Of a DNA stretch of 64,000 nucleotides, positions 41,663 through 54,525 are shown in pieces. Origin of the DNA: Tubulanus polymorphus (taxonomy: Eukaryota; Animalia; Nemertea); the NCBI RefSeq assembly GCF_964204645.1, contig NC_134028.1, positions 3,782,001-3,846,000 on the forward strand. The letters are read 5' to 3'. The notes beneath the pieces were generated by a model that was given only the letters and a program-made list of their open reading frames with translations, was not told where the DNA came from and did not search any database. Each line of letters starts with the position of its first letter. Position 1 is the first letter of the stretch. Made by a program: the position numbers and the translations under genes.

Positions 41663-44600
41663 TTAGGACCTATCCTTAGCGGTGTGTCGTACGTGAGCGG
41701 GACTGTTATTGTTTGAGCGCGTTTTGCGAGGTCTAACTTTAGGTAAGGCGGGTTCGTTGCCGTTAGCGGCGTGTAAGGCGACACCGTTATTCAGACGTGA
41801 TTCGACTCCCTTCAGAACAGTCTCTTTCATCTGCATCAAACTGCTCTCCAGGCACAAGGCGAAGAACTGCGAGTCGGTGTCCTCGCAGCAGTCGAATGTG
41901 CAAATGTTAAAAATTATCCAATCTTTCTGCGGGTTGTAACAGCAAGCGTATCCATCAGGGACGACAGCTCCGTAGCCATACCACGAGTCTGAACCAACCG
42001 GGACCTGCAATACAGAATAATCTATCAATCCTGGCTGCCAGAGAAATGTGAGTCCTGAGACCCCCTCTCCAAATCTAAAAGTATCAACTTATCAGTTACA
42101 CACATGTATTTCTTGTGAGCGTATTCCGGTATCATCTGTTGCTTGTAATATGTTTATCACTTTATGACGTGTGCCATTTTGGGTTTATTCTATTCATTTA
42201 CCTGACTGGTACTCAATTGGAAATAGTTCGACTTCGTAAATGCTTCGTCCTCGAAAATAGCTGGTGATGGCATGCCCATTTCTTTCGCTATAGTTTTCAA
42301 GCCGAGCATGTGACTGTCAATTCCATAACCCATAATCGTCTGCCATAGAAGGATAAAAATAGGAAATTGATTATGCAATATTTAAATCTCATAACCAATA
42401 TGAATACGAACGGCGAACAGAAGTAAATAATTGTGTCACTGAAACTTACGTCCACCATATACTTTGTTTGCCATTCAATCGCTTTCAAGAAAAGGTCATA
42501 TTTTTCTGCATCCTTGTAAAACGAAATAAACATAAGTATGTAATTCATTGATATATTTACAATTCTACCGCGCGTTTATCATATTTACTGTAAGTCTCCA
42601 TAATTAGGGGCTCGAACCTAAATTCGCAATACTCTCTGGATTTTGCAATTTATGAGACCAGACTCGGGCATGTGATATATCACTGATAGTCGTGGAATAC
42701 ATTTTAATTTTCATATACCGACATAACTCTAACTGTTTTAGAACGAACATTTCAATCCAATTTCAGCGATCCAAGCCCGGGAGGCCCGTAGAGCGAAAAG
42801 AATGAAAGAATGCTACGACCTATTCAAAGTCGTGTCAATTTTTCCTAGGAGAGACAGCGCTAACGCAATAATTTCCGTGTCGTAGATTTGAGGAAAAAAT
42901 GTCCGTTTACCGTAACTTCTGTTTCGCCGATCATCGCCTTCGACCAGGAGAGAGCCGGCATCGATGAGGCTCTGATTGTATCTACGCGGCCAAATCTGAA
43001 CCGCCTTGTCGCCGCACTTTCGTATGTTGACGTAAGTTTGTGGTGAATCCTAGAATAAAACGCTTATAACGTTAACAAAATATGTTAATATTGACTTGGT
43101 TTTTGAAGAACTACGAGACATTTTAAACCTACTTATAATACGTTAATTGCAATGCCAGCTGCAGGAACGCATCTGGACTCATTTTCTGCGATTTCGGAAA
43201 ATCGGTGCCGTAATCCATATAACGTAGCACGTGACAGTCAGTATTCTCTGCGAGTCTGAAGACCAGATTTGTATTATATATGACACTATTAAGTATATTT
43301 GTTTTGCTTTGCAAATTATTTTTGAAAGAAACGACTGTTAGACTTATTCTATTCCCGTTTGGGTTAATGAACGTCCGCGCGGGCAATAGACAATACATAC
43401 ATGTTTATCTTCTTGACAGCTTCGTCGACCTCTTTTTGAAGGTCGGGTGTCATGGTCCATTCCAGTTTTTGGGGAGTTTCGAGTCCCTCTGAGCAAGGTA
43501 GTCCGGGAGATGGAGATTTTATGCGAAGTTCCTCCCTGAAAGCAGATATCATAGTCGCTAATACCTGCATATCAACGTTCAAACCGAAAGTGATTTAAAA
43601 CATTACTTATTTCATTCCCGTCGAATGCCGCTATTATAGATGTTCTTACAATCTAATGTTTGAATTGGAATTACTTACAAGTATTTCATGACATGATCAA
43701 AAAGGCTGGTCAGCGCAATCGCTTCGGCTGAAGAATGTTCGTAATTCACTCCGCAAATTCCATCATAACCAATAATATACTGAAAAATATTAAGAGAATT
43801 TGAGTCTATCGCATTCGTGTTGCATTCACTGATTAGTCAATGTTGTGAAAATATTGACTGATTTAAATCGGAAATTTAAAGCGAACCTGAACGTTCTTGT
43901 CGAACCATCGATTTGCGCTGAATTCTTTAGTTCCGTTTCCGTGTAGCATACGATGCATGTGATACGCGGGCCGACCTTTCCTAGAGTCGGGCGGGCCTAC
44001 GTCGTCTTTCACAAATCCGTCTAAACAAACTAACAAAATCGCTGTCTCGATACATTCGAGGTTCTTCTTATTCTCGGCATCTGTAAGAAAATGTTAATGA
44101 AATTATCATATCGCATCCTCACTCACAATCAAAGAAGGCCATAGGCCTCTTAGTTAAGATATTGAGTTTCCTTTGTGATGTAGGTACTTAAAGTACCTCT
44201 CTTAATTTTTCTTGATGAGGATGCCTCTTTAAGATTCAATACAGCAAACTTGAGCTGCCGTATGCCGAGGTTAAGCCCGCCGCACACAGAAAACACGTTT
44301 TTCACAGTGCTTATTTCATAAAAAACGTTTTCCTGTTCGACATTTTGTGTTTTGACTCCCCCGCACACGGCATAACAAAAAACATCGAAAACGTTTTTTC
44401 ACGAGGAAAAAGACCCTTTTTTCGGTGCCGTGTGCGGCGGGCTTAAGGTTCGACATTTAGTGACTAAGAATGAAACCGATCGGCAGCTATTATAAATTCA
44501 TGGTATTCTGTAAATATAGTTAGAGTCATGTTTGCAGTTCCATCACGTCAGTAATGAGTCGTCTAACGGAGTCTTTGGGTAACAATCATCTAATTTACTT

Positions 44601-47600
44601 GCTTTTGTTTTTCGAAGCAAATCGAGGCCAAATTAGATAGCGTGCCGAGCGAAACGTCACTGAGTTTATACCATCACTGCCAATTTCGTCTATACTCCTG
44701 TACGCATTGATTACCTCGCAAAGGTAAATTGCCCGCGGAGAGCGCAAATTATCTAAGATTACTCCGAAAGATCATTCACATCGCGTGTAGCCGGTTCCAG
44801 AACGCTATTTTACGGCGCGGCGGATGTTCACTAGAAGCCCCGATATTAAGAATCGTTTTAGAGATTTTCCCCGCGGAGAATTGGACATTAGAAATCAATG
44901 GCGATAATCTAATGATTTCGATAATAAATATCGTGTGGGTTGGTTTTTTAGTCATTTAGTTTTAACCATACGAAAATCTATCTGCGCGGCAGCGTGACGA
45001 ATAGATAGGCCGTAATCGGACATACGGTGAGATAAATGATTTAGTGGTCAGTGGTCGGTATACGCGCAAATCGGTTACTAAATCCTAAGTGGAATGGACA
45101 TCAGCAATGGTCATTTACCTGTCGCCGCATAAGTGGACGAGACTAAAAAATATCACGTTACATCTGTATTGATTTCGATGGACATTTTCCGTGCGCAGAG
45201 GAGTTATTTTATGATTTTCAGCCACTGGTCGTGGATGGCAGATGAAAGGATTGCATTATATGTATATATTCATGTAAAAGTCCGATAGATTTTCTTTATG
45301 AAAACCTGCCTAGAAATTATGTAAATCAACGCGTTGTTTCGATTTTTCAATGAGGACAAAAACCGATATTTTTGATCAATAAATCGATAGCTTGGTTTCG
45401 CATTTTACCTTTGATCATCATTTGTCTGATGCGGCCCCACTCGTTTCGTTCGAGGCTGGTTAAGGTACCCACTAATGGCGGATTTTCACCGGTATTTTGT
45501 TCACTACTAGCGATCCGAACAATCTTGCCCAACTGAGCTATGAGATCTTCTTCTGTTATTCGTTCATTGTTTATCACAGAGTTAAACGTGTAAAACTATG
45601 AATAAAAGAGAAAAACGTCGATTAGAATAACGAATGATCTTCCCAAACACTTTCCAAGTCTAAACCACTCAACCAATCTTACAGATGCGATGGAAATGCC
45701 GATTCCCATGAATAAACATACACTACTAGATAGACTTGACGTGTCAATGAGTAAACAGGACAGTCTGGAGACAGAGAAATAGATATATTTGTCTGGACAG
45801 TAGATATCGGTTATCAACACTTACTATACCATCAACAGAATGTACGTAAGACAGACAACCTGTTTATATTTCGAACTTTCTTGGCATTTCAAAAGTTATT
45901 CTGATATCTCTAAAATGATTCGATTAATTCGAAGAAGTTTTACAATAGACGATTTTCTCAGAAAAACGTCCTCGTTTTACGTGAAACCCTGAATCGTCGC
46001 CTGATGATTTTCTCTCTCTCTTTCTCTCTCTGCGATGCGAAGATGTTGTCATCATTTTCATGGGTTTGCGCAGGCAGCAGTTGTGGGATTGTGTGAAAGC
46101 AATTATCGGCTATATTTTTGCGTCGATTGCGACAATTTTCCATAATTATGACTGAATAATGATTTCTTGAGAAACATTTTACGACGCCAGAACGAAATAC
46201 CGATAACTAGCATCGGCTAACATCATTCTCTGTTGAAAATACGATGACAAAATGAACCATTAAGCTCGCTGACATAAGGTCCGCCTATTCAAAGTCAAAT
46301 TTACAGTCGTATTGTATTACGACACGGCATCGGAAATGTAGCTCTGACTCTCGCATTAGTCATCAACTTTATGCAAAAAATAACCTCAAGATGATCAAAC
46401 TTAATTCTCATTCAAATGCGTTGTTGAATTTGTGTTTTAAATGGTTATTCTGTACAACATGCAAATGTTTATTGAAATATTAAAAGAATCGATATTTGTT
46501 TCTTTTGTTGTTTTCTTTAAAGCTGTTTTACATCTCAAATCGAGAGACATAGATGCACTGTTTGTGTGAACGCAATGCCCTATCGCTTCCTCCCTCGCTC
46601 GTCACTACACGTCCCCCGCTAGATATTTGCATCACGTTCGACAAAAAGACGGTTTGTGACCTGTTTCGTTTAATCATTTGATTTCCCCCCGGAAACACGG
46701 TTCTCATACTAGACGCGAATACCATCGACGGAATAGTCAATGCTGGTCCACGATACGAGAAACAGCTCGGATGCCAGTTTGTACATCCTCGCTGAATTGT
46801 GTTGGAATTGAACTTAAAATTGACCTGGAGGTCGTGACGTCTGTTTTCATAATTACTAAAGATGATGTGGTCAATTGCGAATTTCGGGAATCTGTCGAAT
46901 CATTTATTGCTAACTTGTGACTAACTGTAATTGGATCGGCTACTTTAGGCATCTGGGTGTCGAAATCTGTTATCATAGGAAGGCATAAGAAAAATATAAT
47001 TTAGACGCATGTAACGTTGGTAAAGTGGTGATCTTATCTATCGAGTTTGACCGCCATTACGATGCCTTCGTGTAAAAAAGCACAATAATATATTCCGCGT
47101 AATATCGGAATCTTACTTGATTATTGCAAGCGACCACGATATGTTCGGCAACCATTCGACTGGCGTCTTTGTAATTGAGTATGACGTCACTATGAACCCC
47201 CGGTCGCCGATAGTGGTAGAATATGCGGTAATACTGGTCCATGCATAATGGCTGCCCCTTCTCACGACTGCGACACCGATCTATCGGAATGCTGCGACTA
47301 AGAAAAACAATCAAAAATAATTTCTTAAACAAATTGTAAATGGTCCCGTCATTTTCTGCGAGATATGAAGCTGAATAATTCCGTGATTTTTTTCGATTAG
47401 AAACATCTCCGATTATAGTATGATATTAATATGAGTGGGTCTCTGTTTATATTCCTACCTGTCTATCACTATCTTGTAATCCAAAATACCTGTTATAAGT
47501 TGAGCAGCATATCTAAAAAAGAAAACAAAAGAAATCATTAATTCGCCATGACATTATAGACTTAAGTCGGGCATACGAACAATCATCTCAAGAAAGATGA

Positions 47601-50600
47601 TATTGCTCGTAGTTTGGGGGCACACCAGCGGTGGCAGACTGGCATTTGGGGGCACACTACCAGGAAACACGCTTCCAACGCGAACATGGTTTTGTGCATC
47701 TTTTTCTGTTTCTGCAGCTATCTAGAAAACTATTTTTTAAAAAAATCGTATAAATCGTATCGTGCAAATTCGTGCAAATCGTATAAAATATTTGCGAAAC
47801 CTCAAATGTTCCGACTTAAGTAAGTATTCAACGTCCAAGATTAGAATATGTAATAAAAAGTGCATATTTTATTCGGGATTTCGCTTAGCCTATTTATACA
47901 CGCGCTTGTGTGTATATGACGTGGCTAGTGTTTAGATAGATGCGTCCAGGGGAGGATTGCACCGGTTAGACTCGACGGAAGCTCGCGATTTCGAGCGAGA
48001 GTGGAGTTCACTTCAAACACGGCGGCCGAATCAGTCAACACGCTCCGCCGTTCGAATTATAACATCTACAACAAATATTGCTTTGATTACGAACAGAATG
48101 AGTAGCGACGCAAATCTAATATTGATACTCTAGCCCGAGTGCGTCGACTTCTGATAATTGGTTTAACTAAAGCAAATACTTCCTCATTTCGTAGAATATC
48201 GGAATTCGATCAAGTTTTGGAGAATCTGCGCCAGAGAACAAGAGAGGAAGTCACGCTGCGACGATGTTGTTTCAACGAGCGCTTGCGAAAGTTCGGTCTT
48301 TTTTCGATATTCGGCGATGGTGAAATTTCGGTCGATTGGTTTTACTTTCGGCGGACGCAGTTTTAGTAAAGTTTTCATTAGTTTTTCAGCCCGACTCATT
48401 CATGCAGTGACAGTCATTTGAATAACATCAAGCACTATACATTATTCATTCAGAATATGAATGAATGAAGCCGATACTACGAAATGAATGGGATTTTACT
48501 ACGGTTACGAAGCCCTCGTATCATCTGTACCAGCACGAATTTGAAAGAATCGTCGCTATTTAACCGCACTAGGACATATAGATCTTTAAAGGACATGCAC
48601 CAAAAACTTATTTGCGGTGTTAGTACAGGTCGATAGCTTTCGACGAACTCCGAGAAAATCTGTATTTGAAACAAGAAAACCAACTTTTGGAAGATTATTG
48701 GCGCCTTGGAAAAGGACACATGTTATTTAAAATTTTGATATATCGATAATTGAATCGACCGGCAACCAGTCTATCCCAAATATATTGATGACGTGGTGCA
48801 CATACTTCTCTCAAAAATCAAATATAAGATAAGATAATAAGACACAATTGTAATATTTATTTCGAAACGCCAATATTGATGACGTAGTGCACATCGACTC
48901 ACGCATAATCTCTTAAATAAGGCGTAGTAGTAATCTAATGTATATATATAAATATTGTAATATAGTTTTTACGACGTCAAAGAGTTGAAAATGTCCCCAA
49001 GAGTTGAAAATGTCCACATAGCGATTCTGAGTTCTATGAGTTTACTGATAGTAAAAGTGCTAGCGGGTAGCGAACTGTTTGTATCAAAAGTACTTAGAAT
49101 CAACCTATAGTTATTGTTGATTTCAATATTACATTTCTTGACACTATCACGCTATTCTCTGTTTATTTCGTTTATGGATATTGAACCCTTTTATAGCCGA
49201 ACTATGAGTGTATGATTTACTATATCTCAGTGGCATACCCGTCATCAGCATCATCATCATCATTCCTGACCAGACGCTGGACATACGCGCGTTTAATAAC
49301 CAACCCCAATCCGTCTCGTTTTCGTCGATCTTGTCAGTCGTCATCGTAAATAAATCGTGATCGTTTTCCTGCGACGGAAAAATCGTATACGGCGAGAATA
49401 TCGGGCGCGAAGTTATAGTTTTGTCGTCGGGTCGTCTCTGATTATACTGGCGTCGATATATCGGTTTACACGTGTCCACAAGGGCACCAGATAATTGGCT
49501 TTACGTTGCGATTCCCGGTAGGCCATTCTCGCAGTCAATTGATATGCGCCGCAACTCGCCGATTTCTTGCCATTTTGACGTAGCTGTCTCGTCCCACCGG
49601 GAACCGCGGTAATTGGCTCGGCGCGCGAAAATGCTTAGAATATAAGTGAAGTTTAGCGTCTACGTCGTTAAACAAATAGGTAAAGTCCCGGATGACTCGG
49701 CTCGTCATAAAACAAGACAAGTAGAAAAAATATGCAAATTAAACTGGGTCGGTTGAATGAACAGGGAGCACTATGAACGGTATACCGGCGGTGAGCGGTG
49801 AACGGTTAATGTTTAATTTAAAGCGATCGTTTTGAGTTTACCTAATGCGACTAATGCGTGAAATCCAATTGTAAACGCCGCAAAATGAAATTACGACGGC
49901 CGACGAGAAAGGCTCGATAAATATTTTCCTTCCATATTTAATGTCAACGCGACCGATAGAAAAAACTGGATAAGTTGATTGATTTTCGCGTGGTCTGATG
50001 ATTCTCAGATCGACGGGGCGTTCATTTTTTTTCTTTCAAAAGTGGGAGTAGCTTTTAACGAAGTTTTCCGTGAACTTTCGATGCGGAATATACAGTTCGG
50101 ATAGAACACCGGCAGGCGAGGAAAATAGATAGAATGAAAAATAAGTTGATTTAAACATCCGCGTACTTTTCGATATTATTTAAGGGTTTGAATCCATCAT
50201 TAGTCAGTTCGCTGCGAAAAGTCCCAGCCACATCGGTCGTTCGGCGTATGAACTTCAGACTCGCATTCATCAATATTGCAAACTTTCGCTGTCTGGTGTC
50301 ACGTCATCAAGACTGCACGGTTTATTAGCCCGATTGTCTCTCTCGCCTCGATCACCCCCATCGCCTCACTCTCACACACGCGTTCTCTCGTTCTCTCGCT
50401 CTCTATCTCGCTCTCTTTCTCGGTCTATATCCATCATCCCGTAAATTGGCGCGTTCCCCGAACGGCTGATTGGTTCAACGGTTCCATGAATCAACGCCAA
50501 GTCGGCTGCAAAACCCGACAGTGATTTACTAGTGTGAAATTGCATTTGTCGCTCGACTACACAAGAAAACAAGATATGATAAATGGGACTTGTAGTTGGC

Positions 50601-53600
50601 CGTGTATTCGGCATCGTGTCTTCATTGACTGTGACATCGAGTGAAGGTGCGGCTGTACGAACCGAACGCGGCCAAATGACGGTAATTTGCGACTCGACGA
50701 CGCATCGTTTTCACCTGAACCTGAAATAACCGATAGTCGAGGGAGAACTTTACACCGCGGCACTAAATCTTACCAAATCTTCCTACTTAATGATAATAAT
50801 TGCGGCGTCGTCTATAGAGTGTTGACTATTAGTTTCGTAACGATGTTGCAAACTTCAACCCCCACATTATCATTCCACAAAACCGATGATCAAATCGCTC
50901 GGTATCAATCCAAAAAAAAAATGTATATACATGTACGTATAATGATAAATGATGACGTCAACGAAGATGAATCGATATACAGACACATTCAATTAAACAA
51001 ACGATGTTGAAAAATCGACGTTCGACAGAAAACATCGTGCGCGAGACGTTCGCTAAATTACTTACAGCGAAAATCGAGCGAGTTGAGATTGTAAATCAGC
51101 CGATTTCGATGTTAAAAGTTTAACACTGAAAGAGTAATCAACGCCGGCGCCTGTGATTTACAGACTGACAGTCCCCGAGATGCTGACATTCAGCCCGACA
51201 TTTGCCCTTAATTCTAGATTGCTTCGAACCACTTTCTCGGCGCTGATGTGAATTTTAATCATCGCAATTTACCCTTCAATCGAGAAATTAACATGAAACT
51301 CGTATACGGTGCATCGGGGAATAAGCGCCAAATTGCGTCGATTCTCCTTCTCGATAGTTCCCGAATAGATAGATAATCATTGTTATTCACATGTTAATAG
51401 CTATGTTTCACATCTCATCTCGAAGGACTTTTTGTTACTCGGTTTATCTGTAATATACGTCCAGTTAACTAATACAGTGCCGAAACTATGCGCGCTGCAG
51501 CAATGACCAAAGCGCAACGACGAAATTTCATTAATCGGTTCTCTGGATGTTTGCCAACGAGAAAATTCGACTGATCTTAGATAGAAAGGAATTCTAGGTC
51601 AACACGAGCATATTCTAACCCTGGCCAGTATTTCATGTTGTAACGTTTGTAGAGAACTGAACCCTGTTAAAGGAGCGCCCGATGGTTCTTTGCGTTAAAC
51701 TTTAAAAGTTTTGTTTTCATACCTGAGTCGATCTTTTTCGGCGTTGAAAAGCATTCTGGGCATTACCATGCCAGGATTTGAGTTGACCGGTAGCGGTAGA
51801 TGTATATCCAAATACATGTCTTTCAACCACCAGTCCACAACCTGAAATGCGGAGTCACATCATAGAATATCTACCAGAAATTCCTGTAGTATATTCAACG
51901 TAACATCCAGTATTTTTTAGGTACGAATGCGAGAGTGTTGGTTGAGTGTTCCTGGGCTTTTAAGGTTATAATTGAACTAATTTACTAACCCCTCAACCGG
52001 CGTTTTATTTTACAATGTTTTGAATTTCTTTTTACTTCTTATCGTAAACGTATTCGTAGGATTCATACGATATATTGTTTTACTAGAATATTTTTTACGT
52101 AGCAATAGATATTCCAGAAACGGCCACCATTCGACTGAATGATGTTGAAGCAAGCTTTTCACCAAGTAGTTGGTAGTAACTTGCGCATTATGAAAGCCCT
52201 TGGACCCTGAACTTTTATTTTAAAATCGACATGGGTATCGAGCATAACAAGCTTGTGGAGTATGTATAAATCATCAAAGGAATTGTTATTTGAATTGGAA
52301 TAAAGAACTGTTAGGTCGTCCAATGCACAATCTTGTTGAAGATGGACGATAGTCATCAAGCTAAAAGACAGATCTGCGAGAGAACCGCGGAGTGGCCGGA
52401 GATCGTCACGGTTAATTACGGACGTTGATGATCTGGTCATTTTCCCTTAATGTAAGTCCTAATTACTAGTGTTTGTCGGACTAACAGGAAACTCCCCGGA
52501 CGTGGCCAACCGACCAAATGACATTATCCGCAATCTGATGGATCATTTGATTAAATTTACCGAGCAACCCTGTCGCGATACCTGAGTCAGATAATCAAAT
52601 GTCAAAGTTATTAGTTTTTCGAATTTACTTGTTCATTGCGTTGGCGACACGTACCCAGTTGTCTTTGGTTTCTGCGAATTTCTTGAGCTGTTCTTGTAAG
52701 ATTTCCCCCTCGCCCCCTTCGCGGCCGAACTCATCGACGATCTTCTTCGTTCGTTCATACTCTTCCTCGGATAGGACGGGCTGTAATACTTGTAAATATT
52801 TGTCCAACGTGCTGTTGAGGTCGGGAACGGGAAGTTTGGGTAAAGGTTTCTGTGTGATAAAAAAGTAAATCATAGAATTCTTGAATTCATTGAAAGCAAA
52901 AAGTATATAATGGTTATCGAACATATTATATTATTTATGCATCGCCCGAACGTAATATTTGCTCTGCAGAGGTCTTACTCTATTTGTTTATCGGATATCC
53001 TAAGTTACTTTACAGTGTTTACTTCAAACATTGAAGCACACGCCGTTGTGTGCAGTTATCAATTCGAGTACACGTGGTTCCTTCCGGTGTGCGTATTGTC
53101 TAAGCCTTCTACGCAGCGGAAGTTGAACCTACTCGGACTGTCGAGAGTTTTCTAAGCACTAGAAAGACGAATTGAAAAATTGATACTCGCAATTTTCAAC
53201 CGCTCTATCGGATTTTCCGAAGTGGAGTTGCCATGACGCGGTGGTGACTACGACGCCGCTATAGACTGCGCGTCGAAAATAGCTCCGCCGAACTAGAGGC
53301 TTTTGCGAGCAAATATCGGCCCTAAATCCTGCCTAATCTGACCAAATATCGACAGTGAAAAACAACCGATGAATTAATCAGTCACAAGAGATGGAATATC
53401 GACGAAGAAAACTGACAATCACCGATAAAACCGGATAAGTTATTAACTGATAGTGCATCATAAATCACGGATCGATGCACGAAACGATGAATTCAATTGG
53501 CTTTATCTGATGAAATTTACTTTGTAGGGATTTAATCAGCGATGTTGACATCGTTGAAGAAAAGAGCGCAGATCTGTGAGGGGATACGAACGAGTGCTTT

Positions 53601-54525
53601 TTATTCTCGCATGTCAAACTTTCTGATTTATTTGTTTAGTTTATCCAGCAAGTTCTGCGCATAGAAGCAGTCGCGAATCCTCGTCCCTTCGAGACTTAAT
53701 AGAAATCCTATATATAAAGACGGCCATAATTCTTTATCTTTATTCCTTATTGCGTTTGTACAGTTATAACCGACGGAATGCTACCATTGCCACTGGCTTC
53801 ATTTACTGGTTGTCCATTGATGTTTGCCAGAATAAAAGAAAAATTCCAACATAGCCTCGAGCATTCCCATACCATTCTCGTTTGTATATTCTATTCCCGT
53901 ATTTCGTTCTGGGATTTTCCTCACCTTGGCGCTTTAAAGTAAATTGGCCCTGATAGTGACCCTCAATCTTCTATTATTTTGTCAAGTAATTCTAGTATTC
54001 GTATCCCACATCACCAGAGGACTTTCGGTTTCTGTCTTCAGACAGTAATTCGTCGTTATCATTTATTGTTTTCCCCCAGGAGGTGAACAACGTTGTGTTG
54101 TACGTTTGGTATATTAACACTTTCTGCGTGATATAAACTCGTGATATAACTCCCAGCGTTGAACGCTACCTCCAGTAAATCATTGTTCAAAAATCATTTT
54201 CGACAAATTCTTGCCCGCAAGGACTACTTGTAGCGAAGAAACTATTTGGAAAAAGTGTGATGGCGACACGTTCGATGTTTGACAGAAAAATGAAATGGCA
54301 AATATAACACAATTTATCTTGTAATTACAGAAATTTTGGTCTTCAATTGTGGTATTTCGCGTAATTAATAAATCGAAATTATACACTTCATTTATTCACC
54401 TAGTATTTGTTTTCATTGATAAATGATAAACACTGACTTACCGACGCGTCCCATTGCTTGTAGAGATCGTTGTTTTCTTGTTCGACTCTCTGGAAGTATT
54501 CTCTGATTGGATGAGTTCCTGGCAT
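41663..54525 (-). CDS. CHAT: Choline O-acetyltransferase, 684 aa, 14 coding exons
   Basis: Exons (-): 54442-54525, 52655-52849, 51723-51841, 47459-47512, 47117-47297, 45409-45595, 43887-44080, 43679-43779, 43401-43535, 43133-43255, 42911-43049, 42450-42512, 42202-42339, 41663-42004; 2055 nt in frame. Motifs: LPKLPVP, WW..DMYL...PLPVNSNP, PLCMDQY, NRWFDK, catalytic YEHSSAE, SPDAFLQLALQL, TYESAATRRF..GRVDTIR, LSTSQV, GYGAVVPDGY. GRVD, IDSH (no carnitine-binding Arg of CrAT DRH) and the absence of a PTS1 favour ChAT over carnitine acyltransferases. Confidence 0.9.
44271..44446. mobile_element. MITE in a ChAT intron, TTAA/TWA flanks
   Basis: TTAAGCCCGCCGCACAC ... GTGTGCGGCGGGCTTAA, a 17-bp perfect inverted match including the flanks; an internal copy CCGCACACGGCA is also present. 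Confidence 0.75.

Noticed and set aside
46737-46976. S/T-rich ORF with an acceptor-like site in a ChAT intron, as an alternative exon
   Set aside because: The upstream exon ends in phase 0, which gives a stop after eight codons; the open frame needs phase 1.
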